A DNA stretch of 64,000 nt from Hyalangium minutum (GTDB lineage: Bacteria; Myxococcota; Myxococcia; Myxococcales; Myxococcaceae), in NCBI RefSeq assembly GCF_000737315.1, contig NZ_JMCB01000007.1, positions 310,001 to 374,000 of the forward strand, in the 5' to 3' direction. Both the position numbers and the translations under genes were made by a program. Position 1 is the first letter of the stretch. Each line of letters opens with the position of its first letter. Below are positions 18,991-28,737 of this stretch, piece after piece. Under the pieces are notes generated by a model, which was not told the origin of the DNA, did no database searches, and saw only the letters and a program-made list of their open reading frames with translations.

Positions 18991-21900
18991 TCAGTGAGGC
19001 TGCTGCTGCAGCCAGTGCTCCAGCAGACGCAAGGAGCTGCGCAGGTCCGAGGAGGCCGCCGCCGGAGGAGCCTTCCGGGCGCGCTCCAGCCGCTGCCGCG
19101 CCGAGGCGAGGAACTGCTCCACCTGGGCGGACGGCGCTCCGGTGCGCGCCACCGCGAGATCCACCGTGGCGCGCAGCAGGGACACCAGCTCGATGAGCAC
19201 GGGGTCCTCGCGCAGCTCGGGCGCGGCCTCGAGTGCGAGGAAGCTCTCGGAGGCGGCGGGGAGCTGGCCGAGCGCGGCGTACACCGCGGCGAGGTGCGCG
19301 GAGAAGCGCAGCATGTGCCAGCGGGAGACCTCGGACAGGGTGGCGATGGCCTCGCGCAAGTACGTCTGAGCCTGCGCGGGGTCATCCAGCCACAGGCAGG
19401 CGCGGCCGAGCTCTCCCAGCGCGCACGCCTCCAGCAATCGGCTGCCGAGCTGACGCCCAATGGGCACCGCTGCCTCCAGGTGCTCCACGGCCTCGACGGC
19501 GCGGTTCTCCTCCAGCAATAGGCATCCAATGTTCAGCCGCGCGGTGGCCTGGCTGAAGCGGTCCCCCACGTGGGTGGACTTGGTGACGGCTTCCTTCAAG
19601 AGCGCCACGGCCTCGCGCATCCTCCCGAGCTCACCGATGGCGAAGGCGTAGTTGATGAGGAAGGCCACTTCGAAGGGCGCGTCTCCGAGCCCGCGGAACA
19701 GCTCCAGCGCCGAGCGCAGGTGAGGCACGGCCGCCGTGGCGCCGCTGCGGAACAGCTCCACGAGGCCGAGGTTGCCCACCGCATAGCCCTCCAGCCACTT
19801 GTCGCCACCCGAGGGCAGTGCTCGCGCTCCCACCACCAGGGCCCACGCCGCGTTCATGTCACCTTCGTGGCGCGCCACCATGGAGAGCCCTACCAGCACC
19901 CGCTTCTCTTGCGCGCCCGCGCCCAGGGCATGGAAGGCCTTCCGGGCCTCCTCGAGAGCCTTGCGCGCGGCGGCCAGCTGACCCAGCTCCAAGTGGGTCC
20001 GGCCGCGCATCGCGAGCGCCTCGGCGCGCAGCAGCGCATCCACGGGGAGACTGGCGGCCAGATCCAATGCGTGGTCCAGCCGCTCGAGAGTGAGATCCAT
20101 GGGCCCGCGCGCCGTCACGTCTGGCTCGAGCGCAATGAGTCCGCCCAGGGCCCGGCCGAGGGACTCGGGCGTGTGAGGGCGCTGGGCCAGGGCATGATCC
20201 ACCACGGCCAGCAGGTTCTCGCGCTCCACCGCGAGCCGGCGCAGGGCCTCGACACCGCTGCTCCCGTGCAGGAGCCGCGTGAGCACGCGGGCATGTTCCA
20301 GGAAGAATGCGGCATGGCGGGCCACCACGGAGGCCTCGGCGCCCGGCTCGGCCAGCCGCTCCGAGGCGTACTCGCGCACGCTCTCGTACAGGCTCAGGCG
20401 CCGCTCGCCCTCGACATCATCCGTGGGGGCGGTGCGCAGCAGCGACTTGCTGCGCAGCGATTGGATGACGTCCAGCACGTCCGGACTGTCTGGAGGAAGT
20501 TCGAGCACGGCCTCGGCGGCCTCGAGGGTAAAGCCGCCGCGGAACACGGAGCACTGGGCCAGGGCCTCGCGCTCGGCGGGCTCCAGGAGGTTCCAGCTCC
20601 AGTCGATGGCGCCGCGCAGCGTGGCCTGCCGCGCCGAGGCATCCCGGCGTCCCGCGCGCAGCAGCACGAAGCGCCGCTCCAACCGCTCGCGAATCTGAGC
20701 CACGCCCAGCACGTGGGTGCGCGCGGCGGCCAGCTCGATGGCCAGGGCAATCCCATCCAGGCGGCGGACGATCTCGGACACCAGAGGCGCATCCTCGGCC
20801 GTCAGCACGTAGTTGCCCTGAGCGCCCTGGGCGCGCTGCACGAAGAGGCGCACGGCCTCCGAGCGGGAGATGGCCTCCAGGGACGTCTCGTCCTCGGCGG
20901 GCAGCCCCAGGGGAGCCAGATCCAGCACCCACTCTCCCGGCAGCCGCATCTCCTCGCGAGAGGTGACGAGGAAGCGCGCGTGGGGCGCCAGCGTCATCCA
21001 CCGTCCCAGGGTGGCGGACACATGGCGCATCAGGTGCTCCATGTTGTCGAGGATGAGGAGCACCTGGCCCCGGCCCGCCAGCGCGCGGCCGATCTGCTCG
21101 GCGGCATCTCCCTCTTGGCCCCCATGGATCAGGTCCACCTCGAGCGCCTGGCCGACCACATGGCAGATGTCTCCCGCGGTGGTGGCCTCGGTCAGCACGC
21201 ACAGCCACGCACCCCCCTCCCAGAGCTGCGGAGAGCTGAGCTGGGTGCTGCCGAAGTGGGTGGCCAGGCGCGTTTTCCCCATCCCCCCAGGGCCGAGGAT
21301 GGTGATGAGCCGCGCGCCTTCCTGGAATCGCTTCGCCAGCAGCGCCAGCTCTTCCTCGCGGCCCACGAGGGCACTGGTGACAGAGGGGAGGTTGCCGCGC
21401 CGGGCCTCCAGGGCGCGCAGCGGGCGGAAACGCCGGTCCGCCAGAGCGGCCGGAAGCAGCTCGATCAGGGTGACGGGTTCATCCAGACCCTTGAGGCGAA
21501 ATTCACCCAGGGTCCTGACGGCCGGCTGTCCTACCGCTTCCCATTGGTCGGCCACCTGGGTCCAGGCTGCCCCACTTAGAAGGATCTGTCCGCCATGACC
21601 CGCCGACGTGACACGCGCCGCCACGTTCACCGTCCGGCCCAGGTAGTCCGCTCGGCCCGTGCGCTCATCCACGCGGCACTCGGCCTCGCCGACGTGGATT
21701 CCCATGCGGACGCGCAGCCCTCGGTGCAGGGGCCGCCCCTGGGGCCCGCGCTCCTCGGCGCCCTGGGGATGGGCCAGCACTTCCGCGGGCCACGAGGCCT
21801 GTAGCAGCGCCTCCTGCGCATCCAGACACCAGCGCACGGCCTCCGGCACCGTGGGGAAGACCACCATGAAGGAGTCCCCCTGGGTCTTCACCTCGTATCC

Positions 21901-22107
21901 CCAGGTGGTGGCCAGCAGGGCGCGCAGCACCGTGTTGTGCATATCCAGCGCGGCCTGCATGGCCTCGCCACACTGCTCCCACAGCTGGGTAGAGCTCTGC
22001 ACATCCGTGAAGACGATCGCCACCGTGCCCGTGGGAGCGGACGGAGAACCTCCGGGGTGGGTTTTCCCCGAGGCATCACCAGGAGGGGGCGGGTTGCTCG
22101 CGGACAT
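18991..22107 (-). CDS. Class III adenylate cyclase - STAND/AAA ATPase - TPR protein
   Basis: Cyclase motifs FTDVQSST, VKTQGDSFM, RMGIHVG, DYLGRTVNVAARV; Walker A GPGGMGKT; Walker B LLILDNMEH; LDGIALAIELAAAR; helical repeats at the C-terminus. Start at 22107 or 22164. Confidence 0.9.
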   Translation of the reverse strand: MSASNPPPPGDASGKTHPGGSPSAPTGTVAIVFTDVQSSTQLWEQCGEAMQAALDMHNTVLRALLATTWGYEVKTQGDSFMVVFPTVPEAVRWCLDAQEALLQASWPAEVLAHPQGAEERGPQGRPLHRGLRVRMGIHVGEAECRVDERTGRADYLGRTVNVAARVTSAGHGGQILLSGAAWTQVADQWEAVGQPAVRTLGEFRLKGLDEPVTLIELLPAALADRRFRPLRALEARRGNLPSVTSALVGREEELALLAKRFQEGARLITILGPGGMGKTRLATHFGSTQLSSPQLWEGGAWLCVLTEATTAGDICHVVGQALEVDLIHGGQEGDAAEQIGRALAGRGQVLLILDNMEHLMRHVSATLGRWMTLAPHARFLVTSREEMRLPGEWVLDLAPLGLPAEDETSLEAISRSEAVRLFVQRAQGAQGNYVLTAEDAPLVSEIVRRLDGIALAIELAAARTHVLGVAQIRERLERRFVLLRAGRRDASARQATLRGAIDWSWNLLEPAEREALAQCSVFRGGFTLEAAEAVLELPPDSPDVLDVIQSLRSKSLLRTAPTDDVEGERRLSLYESVREYASERLAEPGAEASVVARHAAFFLEHARVLTRLLHGSSGVEALRRLAVERENLLAVVDHALAQRPHTPESLGRALGGLIALEPDVTARGPMDLTLERLDHALDLAASLPVDALLRAEALAMRGRTHLELGQLAAARKALEEARKAFHALGAGAQEKRVLVGLSMVARHEGDMNAAWALVVGARALPSGGDKWLEGYAVGNLGLVELFRSGATAAVPHLRSALELFRGLGDAPFEVAFLINYAFAIGELGRMREAVALLKEAVTKSTHVGDRFSQATARLNIGCLLLEENRAVEAVEHLEAAVPIGRQLGSRLLEACALGELGRACLWLDDPAQAQTYLREAIATLSEVSRWHMLRFSAHLAAVYAALGQLPAASESFLALEAAPELREDPVLIELVSLLRATVDLAVARTGAPSAQVEQFLASARQRLERARKAPPAAASSDLRSSLRLLEHWLQQQPH

Positions 22108-22226
22108 GCGGGCGAAGGGACTCAGAGAGGGAGGGCCGGCGCGTGGAGGTTGGAGAAGACCCACCCTCCCGCGTCAGTTTTTCGAGTTCCGCAGCGTTTG
22201 AGGCCGTCGCCGCGCCTACGCTGTCG

Positions 22227-22275
22227 GGTTTTCAAAGGGTTTTCCTCAGGTTTTCGCGACGGCACATGTTCTGCA
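22227..22275 (+). promoter_or_regulatory. Putative sigma-54 promoter (CGGCACATGTTCTGCA, 22260-22275) preceded by three GGTTTTC direct repeats at 11-bp spacing
   Basis: GG (22261-62)-N10-GC (22273-74) spacing matches the -24/-12 consensus. GGTTTTC starts at 22227, 22238 and 22249. Confidence 0.55.
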
Positions 22276-22358
22276 AAGAAGCCTGTGTGTCAGACCCCCG
22301 TGGTTGTTTTCGCGCATCGGTTGGACAGGACCTACAACCCCGGTTTGGAGAGAAGACC

Positions 22359-23321
22359 ATGGAAAACCTCGCGAAACGAGAGCGTCTCAGCAGGATGGGT
22401 GGATGGGTGGTGGTGGCGGCGCTGCTGATGGGCAGCGTTGCGTGTGGGCGGATGGAGGAGTCTGGTGAGTCCATGGTGACCCCCTCCACTGCGAAGCAGG
22501 AGCTGACGGAGTCCAATGGCCTGACGGTGAACGGGCTGACGGTGAACGGGCTGACGGTGAACGGGCTGACCGTCAATGGCCTGACGGTGAACGGGCTGAC
22601 GGTGAACGGGCTGTCGAGCTCTGCCTTCGCCTCGTGGTTCAGCCGCGACGTGGCGCTCAACAACATGCTGATGAAGTACATGGTCCAGTGCGCGCTGCCT
22701 GCGGGCGAGACGCGCACGTACCGGGAGCTTGAGACGGGCACGGCTTACACGTGGGAGGGCTCGCTGGGGCTGGCGCCGGGCTGGGTGCGCGGCCACGACT
22801 TCTCGGTGGAGGAGCAGCAGCTGGTGTCGGCGTGCCTGGCGGCGCATGTGAACAAGTACGGGATGCACGTGCCTCTGTCGGTGCTGGGCCTGAAGGCGGA
22901 GCGGCAGCCTATCGCTTACAGCCAGGAGGAGCTGGAGAGCTTTCCGCGTCGTGAGGCGTGCTTCTTCGGCAACCTGTTCACCGGCGAGGGTGTGTTCGCG
23001 GGCGTGGATCGGGACTACCTGGATGCGAGCGAGAGCTCGCCTCGCGCCTGCGGTCTGACGACGCAGGAGGGTGCCTCCGAGTCCGCGTGCAGCCCGATGG
23101 TGCACGTGGAGGAGAGCTGCGAGACGCTGTGCATGCTGGACCCGTCGGGTCTGTTCTACACGGAGTGCCGGTACAACGGGCAGAAGTACCGTCCGCTGAC
23201 CACGCGCATCCGCTCGGAGGACGTGTTCGCGTGCGGTGACGGCGTGTGCCAGTTCACGGAGAGCTGTGGCCTGAACGACACGGCCACCAGCTGCTTCAGC
23301 GACTGCGGCGCCTGCGAGTGA
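22359..23321 (+). CDS. Cys-rich lipoprotein with (NGLTV)x6 pentapeptide repeats
   Basis: Lipobox-like LLMGSVAC, six NGLTV repeats, conserved-looking CALP...W...GLAP...VSACL core and a C-terminal CGDGVC Cys cluster. Confidence 0.85.
   Translation: MENLAKRERLSRMGGWVVVAALLMGSVACGRMEESGESMVTPSTAKQELTESNGLTVNGLTVNGLTVNGLTVNGLTVNGLTVNGLSSSAFASWFSRDVALNNMLMKYMVQCALPAGETRTYRELETGTAYTWEGSLGLAPGWVRGHDFSVEEQQLVSACLAAHVNKYGMHVPLSVLGLKAERQPIAYSQEELESFPRREACFFGNLFTGEGVFAGVDRDYLDASESSPRACGLTTQEGASESACSPMVHVEESCETLCMLDPSGLFYTECRYNGQKYRPLTTRIRSEDVFACGDGVCQFTESCGLNDTATSCFSDCGACE
22515..22613 (+). repeat. 15-bp tandem repeat (6 full units plus a partial) encoding NGLTV
   Basis: Units of AAYGGSCTGACSGTS; the AATGGC variant recurs at units 1 and 5, a 60-bp higher-order period. 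Confidence 0.95.
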
Positions 23322-23370
23322 GTGACGCCGTGAAGCGCGGCGCGTGAGCCCCCTGGGCCACGCCGCACCG

Positions 23371-23405
23371 AGGGTCCGCCGTCACACGGCGGGCCCTTTG
23401 TTTTT
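23371..23405 (+). terminator. Rho-independent terminator
   Basis: Stem AGGGTCCGCCGT/ACGGCGGGCCCT, loop CAC, then TTGTTTTT. Confidence 0.8.
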
Positions 23406-23488
23406 GGGCGGGTCGAGCGTTGGATACAGGGCGAACCGGCGTTTGCGCACTGGCCAACGCCGCCGGGAGTTCCTACCTCTCTGCCGGT

Positions 23489-26400
23489 ATGCTGCTCCAA
23501 GGGTTGGAAGAGGGGAGTGCCGGCGCTACGGCGAAGGCAGAGGGTGGTGTGTCCATCGCGGACAAGCTGTTCGCTCGCATTCGCGAGGACCTGCTCGCGC
23601 GCGCTCGCGCCACGCCGCTGTCCACGTATCGCATTCAGCTCCACAAGGGCTTCACCTTCCAGGAGGCCCAGGCCGTGGTGCCGTATCTGGCCCGCCTCGG
23701 AGTGAGCGACTTCTACGCGTCGCCCTACTTGAAGGCGTCCCCCGGCAGCACCCACGGGTATGACTGCGTCGACCACCAGCAGCTCAACCCCGAGGTGGGC
23801 TCCGCCGAGGACCACGCTGCTCTCTGCCACGCGCTCCGCGAGCAGGGCATGGGACACGTGCTCGACGTCGTCCCCAACCACATGGGCATCGAACGCTTCA
23901 ATGCCCTGTGGTTCGACGTGCTGGAGAACGGCCCGGCCTCCGTCTACGCGAAGTACTTCGACATCGACTGGGCCCCTGTGAAGGCGGAGCTGCGCGACAA
24001 GGTGCTCCTGCCCATCCTCGGAGATCAGTACGGCATCGTCCTGGAGAATGGTGAGCTCAAGCTCGGCTACCGCTCCGGTGCTTTCTTCATCCACTATTAC
24101 GATCACCTGCTACCCCTGGCACCCCGGCAGTACGCCCGCGTGCTGCGCCCAGGGTTCGAAGAGCTCGAGACGCGGCTCGGTGCGACGAATCCGCACCTCA
24201 TCGAGCTGCAGTCCATCCTCACCGCCATCGAGCACCTGCCCACTCGCACCGAGACGGAGCGCTCCAAGGTCATCGAGCGCAACCGCGAGAAGGAGGTCAT
24301 CAAGCGGCGCCTCGCCGCGGTGGTGGATGCCAGCCCAGAGATCGCCACCTTCGTGACCGCCCGCGTGGAGGCCTGCAACGGCGCCCCCGGCAACCCGCGC
24401 TCGTTCGACACGTTGGATGAGCTGCTCGCCGAGTGCAGCTACCGGCTCGCCCACTGGCGCGTCGCCGGCGAGGAGATCAACTACCGCCGCTTCTTCGACA
24501 TCAACGGTCTGGCCGCCATCCGTGTAGAGGACCCTGACGTCTTCGAAGAGGCCCACGCCCGCATCTTCGACTGGCTGAGCCGGGGCGATATCACCGGCCT
24601 GCGCATCGATCATCCGGACGGGCTCTTTGACCCGACCGCCTACTTCCTGAGGCTCCAGGAGCGCTTCTTCCTGGTGCAGGCCCGTGCGCGCTTCATCGAA
24701 GAGCACGGCGAGAGCGACGCGCGCTGGTCCACCGTGGAGCAGCGGCTCGTGGAGCGCTGGCGGAGCGAGGTGGCGGAGGACTTGAGCTCCCCACTGCGCA
24801 AGGCCCTCTTCGTCGTGGTGGAGAAGATCCAAGGTGGCCGCGAGCGAATGCCCGAAGCCTGGGCCGTGCACGGCACCACTGGCTACCGCTTCGCCAACTT
24901 CGTGGGCGGCGTCTTCGTCCAGCCAGACGCCGAGAAGCAGCTCACGGACATCTACCACCGCTTCATCGGTGAGTCGCCGAACTTCGAGGATCTCGTCTAC
25001 CAGAAGAAGCTCCTCATCATGCGCACGGCCATGGCGAGCGAGATCAACATGCTCGCCTATGAGCTGAACCGCATCTCCGAGATGCACCGGCGCACGCGCG
25101 ACTTCACCCTCAACAGCCTGCGCCGCACCTTGGTGGAGTTCATCGCGCTGTTCCCCGTCTACCGCACCTATGTAGACGGCTGGCGCCCCGAGCTCGATGC
25201 GCGGGACGTGCAGTACATCGAGTGGACCATCGCCCGCGCCAAGGAGCGCAACGCCACCACCAACGTCAGCATCTACGACTTCCTCCGGGACATCCTCCTG
25301 CGGCGCTACCCGGATCACCTCAACGAGCGCGAGCGCGCCGCCATGCTGCGCTTCGCCATGAAGCTCCAGCAGGTGACCGGCCCGGTGATGGCCAAGGGCC
25401 TGGAGGACACTTCCTTCTACATCTACAACCGGCTCGTCTCGCTCAACGAGGTGGGTGGTGAGCCGGAGCACTTCGGCACCCGCGTGGTGGACTTCCACCA
25501 GCGCAACCGTGAGCGCGCCGAGAACTGGCCCGCAAGTCTGCTCACCACCAGTACCCACGACACCAAGCGCAGCGAGGACGTGCGCGCCCGCATCCACGTG
25601 CTCACCGAGCTGCCCGAGGAGTGGGGCCGCCGCGCCGAGCACTGGAGCCAGCTCAACGCCGCTCACGTCGCGAAGCTGCCCAGCGGCCCCGCGCCCTCGC
25701 GCAACGACGAGTACCTCTTCTACCAGACCCTCATCGGCGCCTGGCCCATGGGCGGCGAGCCGCTCTCCGGCCCAGAGCTCCAGGACTTCCAGCGCCGCGT
25801 GCGCGAGTACATGGCCAAGGCCATCAAGGAGGCCAAGGTCCGCACCTCGTGGACCAACCCGGACGCCGACTACGACACCGCCGTGGCCCGCTTCGTGGAC
25901 GCCTGCTTCGATCCGGCCAAGAACGGCGCCTTCCTCGAGGACGTGCGCCAGTTCAAGCGGCGCATCGAGCCCGCGGGGCAGATCAACTCCCTGGGGCAGC
26001 TCCTCCTCAAGCTCGCCTCGCCCGGCGTCGTGGACACCTATCAGGGGTGCGAGCTGTGGGATTTGTCCCTCGTGGACCCTGACAACCGGCGCCCCGTGGA
26101 CTTCACGCTCCGCTCCCAGCTGCTCGAGGCCCTGGAGCGCGAGGCCGCCGAGGATGCCGCGGGCCTGTGCGCGCGGCTCATGGCGAACCCGGACGACGGG
26201 CGCATCAAGCTCTACACCCTCACCCAGGGCCTGCGTCTGCGTCAGCGCCACATGGCCCTCTTCCGCGCCGGCGGCTACCACGAGCTGGAGCTGGAGGGGC
26301 CTCGCGCCCGGGCCGCCCTGGCCTTTGCCCGCAAGCACGAGGACTCACGGGTCCTCGCCGTGGTGCCTCGCTTCACCCTGGCCGCCCTGGAAGGGGAGGG

Positions 26401-26590
26401 GGGCCTGGCTCGCGCCTATGAAGGCACTTTCGTGGCGCTTCCGGAGGCGTATGGAGGCATGATGTTCCGGGACGTCTTCACCGGACGCGAGGTGCGGCCA
26501 GAGCGCGGGGCGACGGGTGGCGTGGTGCTGCCCCTCTCACCGCTCCTCGCGGCGTTCCCGGTCGTCCTCTTGGAGAGGAGCAAGGGATGA
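23489..26590 (+). CDS. treY: Malto-oligosyltrehalose synthase
   Basis: STYRIQL, PGSTHGYD, DVVPNHM, EEINYRRFFDINGL, GLRIDHPDGL, STHDTKRSEDVRAR, LVDPDNRRPVD. Start uncertain (23420, 23489 or 23549). Confidence 0.95.
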   Translation: MLLQGLEEGSAGATAKAEGGVSIADKLFARIREDLLARARATPLSTYRIQLHKGFTFQEAQAVVPYLARLGVSDFYASPYLKASPGSTHGYDCVDHQQLNPEVGSAEDHAALCHALREQGMGHVLDVVPNHMGIERFNALWFDVLENGPASVYAKYFDIDWAPVKAELRDKVLLPILGDQYGIVLENGELKLGYRSGAFFIHYYDHLLPLAPRQYARVLRPGFEELETRLGATNPHLIELQSILTAIEHLPTRTETERSKVIERNREKEVIKRRLAAVVDASPEIATFVTARVEACNGAPGNPRSFDTLDELLAECSYRLAHWRVAGEEINYRRFFDINGLAAIRVEDPDVFEEAHARIFDWLSRGDITGLRIDHPDGLFDPTAYFLRLQERFFLVQARARFIEEHGESDARWSTVEQRLVERWRSEVAEDLSSPLRKALFVVVEKIQGGRERMPEAWAVHGTTGYRFANFVGGVFVQPDAEKQLTDIYHRFIGESPNFEDLVYQKKLLIMRTAMASEINMLAYELNRISEMHRRTRDFTLNSLRRTLVEFIALFPVYRTYVDGWRPELDARDVQYIEWTIARAKERNATTNVSIYDFLRDILLRRYPDHLNERERAAMLRFAMKLQQVTGPVMAKGLEDTSFYIYNRLVSLNEVGGEPEHFGTRVVDFHQRNRERAENWPASLLTTSTHDTKRSEDVRARIHVLTELPEEWGRRAEHWSQLNAAHVAKLPSGPAPSRNDEYLFYQTLIGAWPMGGEPLSGPELQDFQRRVREYMAKAIKEAKVRTSWTNPDADYDTAVARFVDACFDPAKNGAFLEDVRQFKRRIEPAGQINSLGQLLLKLASPGVVDTYQGCELWDLSLVDPDNRRPVDFTLRSQLLEALEREAAEDAAGLCARLMANPDDGRIKLYTLTQGLRLRQRHMALFRAGGYHELELEGPRARAALAFARKHEDSRVLAVVPRFTLAALEGEGGLARAYEGTFVALPEAYGGMMFRDVFTGREVRPERGATGGVVLPLSPLLAAFPVVLLERSKG

Positions 26591-28737
26591 GGAGGGCGGA
26601 GGTGCTACCAGGGAAGCCGTTTCCCCTGGGCGCCACGTACGACGGAGAGGGCATCAACTTCGCGGTCTTCAGCGAACACGCCCGGAAGATCGAAGTCTGT
26701 CTCTTCGACCCGGACATGCCCTCCCGAGAGATCCGCCGCATTCCCCTGGTGGAGACCACCTACCAGGTCCACCACGCCTACGTTCCCGGCCTCAAGCCGG
26801 GCACCCTCTACGGCCTGCGCGCCCATGGCCCCTACGAGCCTCGGCGCGGCCTGCGCTTCAACTCGCACAAGCTGCTGGTGGATCCGTACGCCCGCGCCCT
26901 GCACGGCCGCATGGAGCTGTCCGCGCCCATCCACGCCTACAAGGGCGAGGCCGAGACCGACAAGGACGCCGACCTCACGCTGGACACGCGGGACAGCGCC
27001 GCGGGTGTGCCCAAGGCCGTGGTGCTCACCGATGACTTCGACTGGGAGGGAGACCGCCGGCCTGCCACGCCGCTGAACCGCTCGCTGCTGTACGAGCTGC
27101 ACGTGAAGGGCTTCACTCAGCTCCACCCCGCCGTGCCCGAGCACCAGCGCGGCACCTACGCGGGCCTGGCCCATCCGGCCGTCACCGAGTACCTCCAGAA
27201 GCTGGGCGTCACCGCCGTGGAGCTGCTGCCCATCCACGCCGCCGTGGACGAGTCCTTCCTCGCCAAGAAGGGCCTCACCAACTACTGGGGCTACAACACC
27301 CTGGGCTACTTCGCCCCGGACGCGCGCTTCAGCAGCTCCGGCTCCCTCGGCGGCCAGGTCAACGAGTTCAAGCACATGGTCCAGGCGCTCCACCGCGCCG
27401 GCATCGAAGTCATCCTCGACGTCGTCTACAACCACACCTGCGAGGGCAACCACCACGGGCCCACGCTCTCCTTCAAGGGCCTGGACAACAGCGCCTACTA
27501 CCGGCTCAACGAGAAGGAGCCGCGCTTCTACCTGGACTTCACCGGCTGCGGGAACTCGTGGAACGCCACCCACCCGTACGCGCTCAAGCTCGTGGTGGAC
27601 TCGCTGCGCTACTGGGTCGAAGTCATGCACGTGGACGGGTTCCGCTTCGACCTGGCCACCACCCTGGGCCGCGACAGGCACGGGTATGATCCCCGCGCCG
27701 CCTTCTTCCAGATGGTCCACGGCGACCCCGTGCTCAGCCAGGTGAAGCTCATCTCCGAGCCCTGGGACGTGGGCGACTTTGGCTACCAGGTGGGCAACTT
27801 CCCCGTGCTCTGGAGCGAGTGGAACGGCAAGTACCGCGACACCATCCGCCGCTACTGGAAGGGCGATGACCGGCAGGCCGCCGAGATTGGTTACCGGCTC
27901 ACCGGCTCGTCGGACCTGTACGCGCTGTCCGGGCGCGGGCCCACCGCCAGCGTCAACTTCATCACCGCCCACGACGGCTTCACCCTGAGCGATCTCGTCA
28001 CCTACAACGAGAAGCACAACGAGGCGAACCTCGAGGGCAACCGCGACGGCTCCAACGACAACCACTCGTGGAACTGCGGCGTGGAGGGCGAGACGGACAA
28101 TGCCGTCATCAACGCCCTGCGCGACCAGCAGATGCGCAACTTCATCGCCACCCTCTTCGTCTCCCAGGGGGTGCCCATGCTCGTGGCGGGCGACGAGTTC
28201 GGCCGCACCCAGAAGGGCAACAACAACGCCTACTGCCAGGACAGCCCCATCTCCTGGGTGAACTGGGAGCTGAGCGCCCGCCAGCGCTCCCTGCTGGACT
28301 TCACCTTGCGCATGAGCAAGCTGCGCCGCGAGCAGCCCGTGCTCCGCAAGCGCCGCTTCTTCCGGGGCGCCCACATCTGGGACAGCGAGCTCAAGGACCT
28401 CGCCTGGTTCCGCCCCGATGGCAAGGAGATGCGCAAGGACGACTGGGAGAAGCCCTATGTGCGCTCACTGAGCTTCCTGCTCGGGGGCGATGCCATCCCC
28501 ACCCTGGATGAGCAGGGGGAGCGCATCGTCGGCGACACCCTGCTGGTGCTGATGAACGCCCACCACGAGCCCATGGCGTTCGCTCTGCCCGCCATCGAGT
28601 GGGGTGCCGACTGGGAGCTGGTGGTGGACACCACCACGTCCGAGGACTGTTCCCACGTCCATACCCCCGCAGGCGGGAAGGTCCAGGTGGCGGGGCGCTC
28701 CATGGTGGTACTGCGCCGCCCAGCCACGGACTTGTAG
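26587..28737 (+). CDS. glgX: Glycogen debranching enzyme
   Basis: PLGATYDG, NYWGYNT, DVVYNHT, DGFRFDLA, EPWD, NFITAHDGF, GNNNAYCQD; ATGA overlap with treY. Confidence 0.96.
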   Translation: MRRAEVLPGKPFPLGATYDGEGINFAVFSEHARKIEVCLFDPDMPSREIRRIPLVETTYQVHHAYVPGLKPGTLYGLRAHGPYEPRRGLRFNSHKLLVDPYARALHGRMELSAPIHAYKGEAETDKDADLTLDTRDSAAGVPKAVVLTDDFDWEGDRRPATPLNRSLLYELHVKGFTQLHPAVPEHQRGTYAGLAHPAVTEYLQKLGVTAVELLPIHAAVDESFLAKKGLTNYWGYNTLGYFAPDARFSSSGSLGGQVNEFKHMVQALHRAGIEVILDVVYNHTCEGNHHGPTLSFKGLDNSAYYRLNEKEPRFYLDFTGCGNSWNATHPYALKLVVDSLRYWVEVMHVDGFRFDLATTLGRDRHGYDPRAAFFQMVHGDPVLSQVKLISEPWDVGDFGYQVGNFPVLWSEWNGKYRDTIRRYWKGDDRQAAEIGYRLTGSSDLYALSGRGPTASVNFITAHDGFTLSDLVTYNEKHNEANLEGNRDGSNDNHSWNCGVEGETDNAVINALRDQQMRNFIATLFVSQGVPMLVAGDEFGRTQKGNNNAYCQDSPISWVNWELSARQRSLLDFTLRMSKLRREQPVLRKRRFFRGAHIWDSELKDLAWFRPDGKEMRKDDWEKPYVRSLSFLLGGDAIPTLDEQGERIVGDTLLVLMNAHHEPMAFALPAIEWGADWELVVDTTTSEDCSHVHTPAGGKVQVAGRSMVVLRRPATDL

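Noticed and set aside
22515-22613. 15-bp repeat considered as a CRISPR array or iteron set
   Set aside because: No spacers; variation falls at synonymous positions, showing protein-level selection.
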